In this document: positions 8,865 through 16,332 of the stretch, in pieces
Layout: every line of letters starts with the position of its first letter
Numbering within the stretch: position 1 is the first letter of the stretch
Source: Candidatus Nanopelagicales bacterium
GTDB lineage: Bacteria > Actinomycetota > Actinomycetes > S36-B12
Assembly: GCA_938091275.1 (NCBI GenBank)
Contig: CALKMY010000058.1
Location: 1 to 27,991, forward strand
Direction of reading: 5' to 3'
Length of the DNA stretch: 27,991 bases
Notes under the pieces: generated by a model
What the model saw: the letters and a program-made list of their open reading frames with translations, nothing else
The model's database searches: none
What the model was told of the DNA's origin: nothing
Translations under genes and position numbers: made by a program

Positions 8865-10465
8865 TGCTCGCTCTTCCTGTCGTCGTTCGACGTCGTTTCG
8901 TTCGCTGCTGCCTTACGTCCCGCGATGTGATCCGCCGCGATCTGCTGCACTGCTCGTACGTCCTCTGAGACGTCACCCGCTTCACTCTTGCTCAAGCCGG
9001 CGACGCCCACGAGGGTACTTCCCTGTTCGTCATCTCGCGCTCTGAGCCAGATGCGACGGCGGCGGGTGAACAACGACACCGTCAACGCGAGCATGGCCAG
9101 TACCGACGCGACCAATGCTGCCTCCTTGCCCGGATCGAAGGCGATTTGGAACGACGACCAGCGGGTCCAGCCAGTGAATTCGATCTCGCCCTGCGCGAAC
9201 TCCCACACCTGTCCAGGTACCAGCGCCCGGAGGCCGATCTGCTCCATCTCGTCGGTCGAGAGCGAGTAAATGCTCTGCGGCACTCCCGAGGCCAGCCCTA
9301 GGTCGCCGTACCAGGCGGACAGGAAGACCGAGGGGTCGTCTGCGTCGGGAAAGACCGAGTGAGGGCCGCGGATGTCATCGATGGCGGAGGTGGGGAGAAA
9401 CAGCCCGCGGAATCCCAGCTGCGGGTTGGAGTCAGGAATCTTGATGACGCCCGTGGACGTGAAGTTTCCATCTTGTGGGAGAAAGACGACGTCGTCATCG
9501 AAAACGACGTCGCCGGAGGAGTCGCGGACGATGAAGGATGGTGCGTAGCCATGCCCCACCAAGAAGACCTTCGCCCCTGCAATCGATATCGGGGAGTTGA
9601 CTTCGATGAGTTCCTCCCGAGCCCCCGCGCCAGGTTCGTTTTGCACAGCGACGCGTGCTTCGAAGAGGCGTGGAGCGCCCCGCTGTGCTTCGGACCGCTC
9701 GAACTCAACGTCGAAATCATCGAGAGTGAAGGAGAAGGGCGGAATGCTGTCTGCGGTGGCGAGTCGTCCCCCGCCCCACGCGTCGTATTGGGTGAGTGTG
9801 TTGGAGAACCCATTTCCTTCTTTGACGATGACGTTTCCTCGCCATCCGAAAAGACCACCCGCCGCGACGGCCACCAGAATCAAGACCAGCGCAAGGTGAA
9901 AGATCAAATTTCCCGTTTCACGCAGGTAGCCCTTTTCTGCTGACACCCATATGCCACCCGGATCCCCATCGACCGCGGCGTCCGAGCCGGTGCGTACCCG
10001 CCACCCGCGACGCCGCAACTCTTGGCTCACGTGGGACGAAACATCTGCAGGAGCAACGTCCACCGTTTCGTACGAGAAGGCTTGCATCCTGTCCAGGTTG
10101 CGCGGCGCTATCGGCGGCGGCGTGCGCATCGCCTTCCAGTGATGACCCACGCGGGGCAGGACACATCCGATGAGAGAGACGAAGAGCAGGAGGTAGATCG
10201 CTGCGAACCACGGCGCCCCGTACACATCGAAGAATCCGAGCCGGTCGAGCAGTGGACCGAGGATGGGTTGCTGGTCGATCCACTCGTCGACGAGGAGAGG
10301 GTTGTTGCCTCGTTGCGGAAGGATCGAACCCGGGACACTCGCGACAGCCAGGGCGAAGAGCAAAATCAGTGCGACCCGCATGCTGGTGAGTTGGCGCCAC
10401 GCCCACCGCAGGAAACCTTGGGAGTCCAACGGCGGCGCAACGGCTTCGACGCGGGTATCGCTCAT
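8861..10465 (-). CDS. resB: Cytochrome c biogenesis protein ResB
   Basis: 'LTSMRVALILLF-LA-ASVPGS--PQ', 'Y-APWF-AIY-LL..SL-GC', 'E-GNL-FH-AL' motifs. True start at ATG 10465 (ATGA overlap with the ccdA stop), not the ORF-track start. Confidence 0.92.
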   Translation of the reverse strand: MSDTRVEAVAPPLDSQGFLRWAWRQLTSMRVALILLFALAVASVPGSILPQRGNNPLLVDEWIDQQPILGPLLDRLGFFDVYGAPWFAAIYLLLFVSLIGCVLPRVGHHWKAMRTPPPIAPRNLDRMQAFSYETVDVAPADVSSHVSQELRRRGWRVRTGSDAAVDGDPGGIWVSAEKGYLRETGNLIFHLALVLILVAVAAGGLFGWRGNVIVKEGNGFSNTLTQYDAWGGGRLATADSIPPFSFTLDDFDVEFERSEAQRGAPRLFEARVAVQNEPGAGAREELIEVNSPISIAGAKVFLVGHGYAPSFIVRDSSGDVVFDDDVVFLPQDGNFTSTGVIKIPDSNPQLGFRGLFLPTSAIDDIRGPHSVFPDADDPSVFLSAWYGDLGLASGVPQSIYSLSTDEMEQIGLRALVPGQVWEFAQGEIEFTGWTRWSSFQIAFDPGKEAALVASVLAMLALTVSLFTRRRRIWLRARDDEQGSTLVGVAGLSKSEAGDVSEDVRAVQQIAADHIAGRKAAANETTSNDDRKSEQ

Positions 10466-11208
10466 AGGGCGGTCTCGAATCCGGGAATCGTCACACGAAG
10501 CCAGATCGTGAAGTCGAGCCAGAGCCCGGTGACAAGCAGCAGCCCGACGAGCACGAGCATCCCACCACCGATGCGCATAATCCACGTGTAGTGCCGCCGA
10601 ATGAAGTCGGTGGCGCGTGCTGCTCGCTCGATGAAGAAGGCGAAGGCGACGAATGGGATACCCAGCCCGATGCAGTAGCCGAAAGACAACAGCGCGCCGC
10701 GCAAGGCACTGGCTTCTGCGAGCGCGAGGGATTGCACGGCGGTCAGCGTCGGACCGATGCACGGCGTCCACCCGAGCCCGAACAGCACGCCGAGTCCCGG
10801 CGCTCCGATAACGCCCCACTTAGGCACCCGCATCCATCGGTACTCCCGCTGGAACCAGGGAATCACCCCCATGAACGCGAGACCCATGGCGATCACCAGA
10901 AGACCCATGACGCGGGTAATGACGTTCTCGTATCGCAGGAGAGCTGACCCGAGCCCACCAAAGAGCGCACCGTAGGACACAAAGACAACGCTGAAGCCGA
11001 GGACGAACAGCAGACTTCCTGCGAGCACGCGTGACTTTCGCTCACCCGTGGACAGCTCTACACCCGTCATTCCCGTGACGTAGGAGACGTATCCCGGCGC
11101 GAGAGGAAGAACGCAGGGGCTGATGAAAGCGACGAGTCCGGCCGCCACGGCGATAGGGAGGGCGACGAGCATCGACCCGCTCGTAATGATCGTGCCGATG
11201 TCACCCAC
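10462..11208 (-). CDS. ccdA: Cytochrome c biogenesis thiol-disulfide transporter CcdA
   Basis: SPCVLPL and WTPCIGP Cys motifs, about six TM helices, within the ccs operon. Confidence 0.95.
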   Translation of the reverse strand: MGDIGTIITSGSMLVALPIAVAAGLVAFISPCVLPLAPGYVSYVTGMTGVELSTGERKSRVLAGSLLFVLGFSVVFVSYGALFGGLGSALLRYENVITRVMGLLVIAMGLAFMGVIPWFQREYRWMRVPKWGVIGAPGLGVLFGLGWTPCIGPTLTAVQSLALAEASALRGALLSFGYCIGLGIPFVAFAFFIERAARATDFIRRHYTWIMRIGGGMLVLVGLLLVTGLWLDFTIWLRVTIPGFETAL

Positions 11209-11767
11209 GGTCAGCCACCTCGTCGATGACTCCCCGAAGTGTTGCGGCGCTCACTTTCCCCAGAATTCTCGCCGCCACCCGACCGTTGCCATCGATCACG
11301 AGGGTCGAGGGAATGGCTTGGGGCGGAAGCGAATCCGAGAACTGGAGTTGAACTTGACCATCAGGATCAAAGATGCTGGGAAAAGTCAGACCCATCGACT
11401 CGACGAATCCCTGCGCGGCGACGGTTGAGTCTCTGGTGTTCAAACCAACGAACTGCACCCCATTGCCCTGCTCTTCTTCCCAGACCTCCTGCAATTCAGG
11501 AGCCTCGGCACGACACGGCGCACACCAGGAGGCCCAGACGTTCATCACGACTGTTTCCCCGCGGTGATCGGCGAGGTCGAAGGTGTCGCCATCCAGGGTG
11601 GTGGCACGAACATCCGGGGCCGGCGCCCGCTGGGCCGGCTCTACGACGATGATCGATCCGTCACCGCCGACGAAACCGGATTCGGACTCGATCGAACTCG
11701 TTCCCCCCGCGTTACCGCAGGCGCTGACGGTTACAGCGAGGCACAGCAGGAGAACAAGCCGCTTCAT
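11201..11767 (-). CDS. resA: TlpA/ResA family thiol-disulfide reductase lipoprotein
   Basis: Lipoprotein signal (VSAC), WASWCAPCRAEAP, cis-Pro loop IPST. ATGA overlap with the upstream phosphatase. Confidence 0.88.
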   Translation of the reverse strand: MKRLVLLLCLAVTVSACGNAGGTSSIESESGFVGGDGSIIVVEPAQRAPAPDVRATTLDGDTFDLADHRGETVVMNVWASWCAPCRAEAPELQEVWEEEQGNGVQFVGLNTRDSTVAAQGFVESMGLTFPSIFDPDGQVQLQFSDSLPPQAIPSTLVIDGNGRVAARILGKVSAATLRGVIDEVADRG

Positions 11768-12408
11768 GCGCCGGCGATGGGACTGGCACCGGGGAGGAGA
11801 TCGCGCGCTGGCTCCGTATAAGAGATGGACATCAGTCGGTCACCATGGAAAGCCAGTGACGTGAGCGATGCCAAGTTGCACTGTCGGGAGCGGGGGTCGT
11901 GCCACAGCCGCCGGCCCTCCGCATCGAGCCGGGCGATCCAAATCGGCAACTGGTGGCTCACCAGAACCACTTCGCGACCGTCCGCCACTTCCAGAGCGTT
12001 CGCGACCGCCCGGCGCATACGTTCAGCGACGTCCTCATAGGGCTCTCCCCAGCTCGGGCGGAAGGGATTCCACAGATGCTTCCAGGTCCGCGGCTGTCGC
12101 AACACTCCATCCCCGACGCTCACGCGCTGACCTTCAAAGACATTGTCCGCTTCAATCGCCAAGGACTCGGTCCCGACGGTCAGCCCGTGCACCCGAGCGA
12201 TCGGGTCGGCGGTTTGCTGCGCACGTTCCATCGGCGAGGCAATAACTGCGGCTACGTCGTGCTGCGCGAGGGCCTGCGCGGCCATATCCGCCATCTGTAT
12301 TCCACGCTCAGAGAGCCGATATCCCGGAAGGCGGCCATACAGGACACCTTCGGGGTTGTGCACTTCCCCGTGGCGAAGGAGATGGACGACGCTGTGCTGG
12401 TCACTCAC
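11764..12408 (-). CDS. Histidine phosphatase (phosphoglycerate mutase-like) family protein
   Basis: LLRHGE catalytic motif, SP-ERA-QTA, VSHQLPI. Usual first gene before resA in actinobacteria. Confidence 0.9.
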   Translation of the reverse strand: MSDQHSVVHLLRHGEVHNPEGVLYGRLPGYRLSERGIQMADMAAQALAQHDVAAVIASPMERAQQTADPIARVHGLTVGTESLAIEADNVFEGQRVSVGDGVLRQPRTWKHLWNPFRPSWGEPYEDVAERMRRAVANALEVADGREVVLVSHQLPIWIARLDAEGRRLWHDPRSRQCNLASLTSLAFHGDRLMSISYTEPARDLLPGASPIAGA

Positions 12409-12414
12409 CCCTCG

Positions 12415-12420
12415 AGCCTA
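12415..12420 (-). promoter_or_regulatory. Putative -10 element (TAGGCT), leaderless ccs operon
   Basis: TAGGCT + 6 nt + GTG 12408, inside the 41-bp gap after hemD. Confidence 0.6.
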
Positions 12421-12449
12421 AGCACGACCGATGAAGGCGCATCTCGGGG

Positions 12450-14246
12450 TCACGACTTGCGCCGACCGGCCGCCCTTTTCTTGCTGGGGCGCCACTCATC
12501 CTCGCCTGCTTCCTCAGCCCGCTCACGCATGACGACTCCGTGAGCAGCCAACGCCTCCGCAAGGCCCTCAGGTGTGCTGTCCTCAGGGAGAACGTCCACA
12601 CGCAAGCCATGCTCCTCGGCCGTCTTCGCGGTGTGGGGACCGATGCAAGCAACAACGGTCGACTGATGCGGCTTGCCGGCGATCCCGACCAGGTTGCGCA
12701 CCGTGCTGCTTGAGGTGAACATCACCGCGTCGAACCCACCGGTCTTGATGGCCTCTCGCACAGGAGCAGGCGGCGGCGCCGCCCGCACGGTTCGAAATGC
12801 CGTGATGTCTTCGACTTCCCATCCCAATTCGGTGAGGCCAGCGGCCAGGGTGTCCGTTGCGATGTCGGCACGCGGCACAAACACCTTGTTGATCGGATCC
12901 AGGAGCGAGTCGTACGGCGGCCAGGCGTCAAGAAGGCCGCCGGTGCTCAAATCTTCCTCGGGAACCAGATCCGGTCGCACTCCGAACTCGATGAGGGCAT
13001 CGACTGTTCCCGGTCCACACGCAGCCACTCGAAGGCCGGAGAAGGACCGAGCATCCAGGCCGTAGTCGTAGAGCTTCTCGCGCACCGCACGAACCGCATT
13101 CGCCGAAGTGAAGCCAACCCACTCGTATCGACCTTCCACCAGACCCCGAACCGCACGCTCCACCTGCTGAGGGGTGCGCGGAGGCTCGACGGAGATGGTG
13201 GGCACCTCGCTGGGAACGGCACCCAGGCGCCGCAGACGAGTCACAAGACCAGCGGTGTTGTCCTGGGTACGGGGAATGAGAACGCGCCATCCGACCAGCG
13301 CCTTGCGCTCGAACCAGTCGAGTCGCTCCCGCTGCTCGACGACCTCGCCAATCACAACGAATCCACTTCGACGAGTCGTTGCAGCCTCGGCAGCTTCGCT
13401 CAAGGTCATGACAACGGTCTGTTGATCAACGGTTGTGCCATCTCGCGTGATGGCGACGGGGGTGTCGCCGGATCGTCCCGCCTCAAGCATGGCTCGTGCG
13501 ATGTGCACCAGATGATTGGCCCCGGAGGGGAACACCGCCGTGACGCGGGGAACAGCAAGTTCTTCCCAACGTACCGAGGAGTCCTGTGCGTCGATGACTC
13601 GGACTTCCTTGGCCTTGTTCCCTACGAGACCGAATCCGGCGTATGCCGGTACTCCCGTTATCTCGCTGACCGCGGGCACGATCTCTATGTCGATCTTGGC
13701 TCGACGTACGGCACCGACCTCACCCACGAGGCCCGACCCCATCATCGGGTCTCCTGCGAGCAAACGGACGACCACCGTTCCTGCCTTTGCGGCGTCAATG
13801 GCGGGCTTGATTCGATCCGCCGCCGGTCCGGCCGCGTCGGGGTCGACAACGTCAATGATGTCGGCCTCTACGAACGCTTCCGCGATCGGCACCGCCGCCT
13901 CGTCCGCGAGCACGTACCCCGCATCGCCCAGCATGCGAGCACCCCGGTGGGCGATCAAGTCAGGGTCTCCTGGACCGGCAGCAACGAAAGCGATGCACGG
14001 TGTGGCCGGCGTCTTCTTCTCAGACGCCTTCGTCACCACGGGCACATCGGCAACGTCGTCCACCGTTGACACCGCCGCACCGCCCGCCTTCTTTTTAGCA
14101 GCTGCTTTTGTGGCTGGCGCCTTGGCAGTCGGTGCCTTCTTGGCGGGTGCTTTCTTCACAGGTTCCTTCTTCACAGACTTCTCAGACTTCTCAGACTTCT
14201 TTGGCACTTTCTTCACGGGGGCCTTCTTTGCACTCTGGGAGCTCAT
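12450..14246 (-). CDS. hemD: Bifunctional uroporphyrinogen-III C-methyltransferase-like / uroporphyrinogen-III synthase (CobA-HemD fusion) with Lys-rich N-terminal extension
   Basis: N-domain GPGDP, RLLAGDP, PAYAG, GTT-DQ. C-domain W-VLIPRT, EVPTISVEPP, FTSANAV, PRADIA, FTSSSTV, CIGP-T. Residues 1-53 are low-complexity Lys/Ala/Pro. Confidence 0.92.
   Translation of the reverse strand: MSSQSAKKAPVKKVPKKSEKSEKSVKKEPVKKAPAKKAPTAKAPATKAAAKKKAGGAAVSTVDDVADVPVVTKASEKKTPATPCIAFVAAGPGDPDLIAHRGARMLGDAGYVLADEAAVPIAEAFVEADIIDVVDPDAAGPAADRIKPAIDAAKAGTVVVRLLAGDPMMGSGLVGEVGAVRRAKIDIEIVPAVSEITGVPAYAGFGLVGNKAKEVRVIDAQDSSVRWEELAVPRVTAVFPSGANHLVHIARAMLEAGRSGDTPVAITRDGTTVDQQTVVMTLSEAAEAATTRRSGFVVIGEVVEQRERLDWFERKALVGWRVLIPRTQDNTAGLVTRLRRLGAVPSEVPTISVEPPRTPQQVERAVRGLVEGRYEWVGFTSANAVRAVREKLYDYGLDARSFSGLRVAACGPGTVDALIEFGVRPDLVPEEDLSTGGLLDAWPPYDSLLDPINKVFVPRADIATDTLAAGLTELGWEVEDITAFRTVRAAPPPAPVREAIKTGGFDAVMFTSSSTVRNLVGIAGKPHQSTVVACIGPHTAKTAEEHGLRVDVLPEDSTPEGLAEALAAHGVVMRERAEEAGEDEWRPSKKRAAGRRKS
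14174..14200. repeat. Perfect 9-bp tandem repeat (CAGACTTCT)x3 within the hemD N-terminal tail
   Basis: Read directly from the sequence. It encodes the KSEKSEKS stretch on the minus strand. Confidence 0.9.
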
Positions 14247-15040
14247 GCGTTCATCACCTCTGACGTCTGACCGGTGGACGTCTGGTCGGTTGGTGGTGCT
14301 GGAGGTTCAAGTCGCGTGACCACCGAGCCATCCGGTTGCCTCCTGCGTTGCTCATGGAAAGCCAACACCTGAAGTTCGACGGCAAGGTCGACCTTCCTCA
14401 CCTCAACGTCCTCAGGGACGTTCAACACCACGGGGGCAAAGTTGACGATGCTCCGAACACCGGCGGCGACGAGACGATCGGCGATATCTTGAGCAGCATC
14501 CGCAGGTGTCGTGATGACGCCTATCCGAGCGTCGTTGTCTGCCACGATCGCACGAAGATTGTCCACAGATTCGACGGTGATCCGCCGGTCAACGACGGAG
14601 ACCACTGTCCCCACGACGTCGGGATGCGAATCGATCAAGCCGACGACCTGGAATCCACGACTGGCGAACCCTCGGTATGACACGAGCGCCCGACCAAGGT
14701 TTCCCACCCCGACGACAACGACTCCCCACGGACTCGTCAATCCGAGCTCGCGAGCAATTTGGTACGTGAGGAACTCAACGTCGTAGCCGACACCACGCGT
14801 GCCGTAGGAGCCGAGGTACGACAGATCCTTTCGAAGCTTGGCACTGGTGACTCCGCACGCGGTCGCGAGCTCTTCGCTCGAGACGGTGTGCGACCCAGAA
14901 TCGGCAAGCGACACCAGAACCCGGTGGTACACCGGCAGGCGTGCCACGGTGGCGTCAGGGATAGCCCGACCAGACATCGGGACCAGGGCCGGTCCGCGAC
15001 TATCGCTGGAGCGAGGTGCGGGAAGAGGCACGTGCGTCAC
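14243..15040 (-). CDS. rex: Redox-sensing transcriptional repressor Rex
   Basis: IPDATVARLP-Y, SSEELA, LRKDLS-LGSYGTRGVGY-V, Rossmann GVGNLG-AL, NFAP. Start uncertain (GTG 15040 or ATG 14977). Confidence 0.96.
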   Translation of the reverse strand: MTHVPLPAPRSSDSRGPALVPMSGRAIPDATVARLPVYHRVLVSLADSGSHTVSSEELATACGVTSAKLRKDLSYLGSYGTRGVGYDVEFLTYQIARELGLTSPWGVVVVGVGNLGRALVSYRGFASRGFQVVGLIDSHPDVVGTVVSVVDRRITVESVDNLRAIVADNDARIGVITTPADAAQDIADRLVAAGVRSIVNFAPVVLNVPEDVEVRKVDLAVELQVLAFHEQRRRQPDGSVVTRLEPPAPPTDQTSTGQTSEVMNA

Positions 15041-15116
15041 CTACATTGCAGTTACGGGGCACGGGAGCCATTCGGCGCTCAGCCACCGGGCCGTTGAGAG
15101 CCGAAAGAGTATGGCT

Positions 15117-15134
15117 TCGTGCACGAATGCACAA
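15117..15134. promoter_or_regulatory. Rex operator
   Basis: TCGTGCA-CGAA-TGCACAA is one mismatch from the perfect palindrome TTGTGCA-N4-TGCACAA and matches the known Rex box TTGTG(A/C)A-N4-T(T/G)CACAA. It lies upstream of rex. Confidence 0.8.
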
Positions 15135-15140
15135 AGTTTA
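15135..15140 (-). promoter_or_regulatory. Putative -10 element (TAAACT) of the rex-hemD promoter
   Basis: TANNNT directly abutting the Rex box on its upstream side. Confidence 0.6.
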
Positions 15141-15158
15141 CCGGACGTTTACGTCCGA

Positions 15159-15431
15159 TTATCGGTCTAATGCCTGACTCAACCGGACCGCATCTACCCG
15201 AAAGAAGTCGTGCCGTTCACCGTCTACGAGGACCACCGGGATCAACTCTGCGTACTCGTCGGCGAGGGCTGGGTCGTCATCGATGGAGATGACCTCGTAC
15301 CGCACCCCTCGTTGCACGCACACCTCAGAGACCACGGCCTCGGCCTCATCGCACAGGTGACAACCGGCACGGCCAATGATCTGCACACGCACTGCCAGGG
15401 CGTCATCGCCGGACCCGGCCCCACTCCTCAT
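15159..15431 (-). CDS. Glutaredoxin-like protein (DUF836/NrdH-like, CHLC)
   Basis: GCHLCDEA, 'Y-ELIPVVLVDG', usual position upstream of rex/hem genes. Start uncertain (ATG 15431 or GTG 15392). Confidence 0.85.
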   Translation of the reverse strand: MRSGAGSGDDALAVRVQIIGRAGCHLCDEAEAVVSEVCVQRGVRYEVISIDDDPALADEYAELIPVVLVDGERHDFFRVDAVRLSQALDR

Positions 15432-15456
15432 GTCCCTTATCTTGCCGACTACGCCG

Positions 15457-16332
15457 ATGTCTTACCCTGCCGATGTGGAAACTCCCGACGTGCTCACGTC
15501 TTATCGTCGCGCCGGGCAGGCATCGGCATCCGCCGCCGCGGACATTGAACACGATGTCTCCGCCACCGCGGCCTTCTTCGATGTCGACAACACCATCATG
15601 CGCGGGTCGAGCCTGTTCCATCTCGCCGTCGGTCTCGCCAAACGCAAGTACTTCAACGCACGTGAGATCAGTGGATTTGCCAGTAAGCAGCTGAAGTTTG
15701 TTCTCAGTGGCTCGGAGGACCTCGAGGACATGGCGTCGGCCACCGAGGCTGCTTTGTCGTTCGTGCAGAACCGCTCGGTCCAGGAACTGCAGGATCTGGC
15801 GGAGCAGATCTTCGACGCGGAGATGGTCGACAAATTGATCCCGGGATCTCTGGCGTTGGCCCAGGGACACCTCGACGCCGGGCAGCAAGTGTGGCTCGTC
15901 ACGGCTACTCCACAAGAGCTTGCGGCCGTGATCGCCCGACGCCTCGGCCTCACCGGAGCACTCGGGACGATTGCTGAAAGTCGCAACGGGATCTACACCG
16001 GAAAGTTGCACGGCCCTCCGCTGCACGGTCTCGCCAAAGCCGAAGCGGTACGCGCCTTGTCCACGAGCGAAGGCCTCGATCTCGGCGAGTGCAGCGCGTA
16101 TTCAGACTCCGTGAACGACGTCCCCATGCTGTCTCTTGTCGGTCACCCGACGGCCGTCAACCCCGACCCTGAGTTGCGTGCACATGCGATCGCCAATGAG
16201 TGGCGCATTCGCGACTTTCGACGCCGAGCTCGCATCAAGCCCTACGTGGCGCCTGTCGCCAGCGGCGCTGCCGGTATCGCCGTCGGCCTGGCGTCGGGAT
16301 ATCTCCTGGGACAGATGCGAGGTCGCCGCTAG
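15457..16332 (+). CDS. HAD-IB family hydrolase (SerB1-like)
   Basis: HAD motif I AFFDVDNT, motif II LVTA, K in KAEA, motif IV YSDS-ND. Start uncertain (ATG 15457 or 15430). Confidence 0.9.
   Translation: MSYPADVETPDVLTSYRRAGQASASAAADIEHDVSATAAFFDVDNTIMRGSSLFHLAVGLAKRKYFNAREISGFASKQLKFVLSGSEDLEDMASATEAALSFVQNRSVQELQDLAEQIFDAEMVDKLIPGSLALAQGHLDAGQQVWLVTATPQELAAVIARRLGLTGALGTIAESRNGIYTGKLHGPPLHGLAKAEAVRALSTSEGLDLGECSAYSDSVNDVPMLSLVGHPTAVNPDPELRAHAIANEWRIRDFRRRARIKPYVAPVASGAAGIAVGLASGYLLGQMRGRR

Noticed and set aside
7684-8985. 433-aa - strand ORF
   Set aside because: Alternative frame over ccsA with Arg-rich, non-protein-like composition.
10466-10819. N-terminal extension of the 652-aa resB ORF
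   Set aside because: Lies inside ccdA in another frame. ResB homology and the ATGA overlap place the start at 10465.
12409-12449. Remnant of hemB/hemL or a terminator after hemD
   Set aside because: Only 41 bp, with no coding remnant. The GATG/CATC stem is too weak to call a terminator.
11201-15431. Possible selenocysteine or other recoding in redox proteins (ResA, CcdA, glutaredoxin)
   Set aside because: All CXXC/Cys sites are ordinary Cys codons, with no in-frame TGA.
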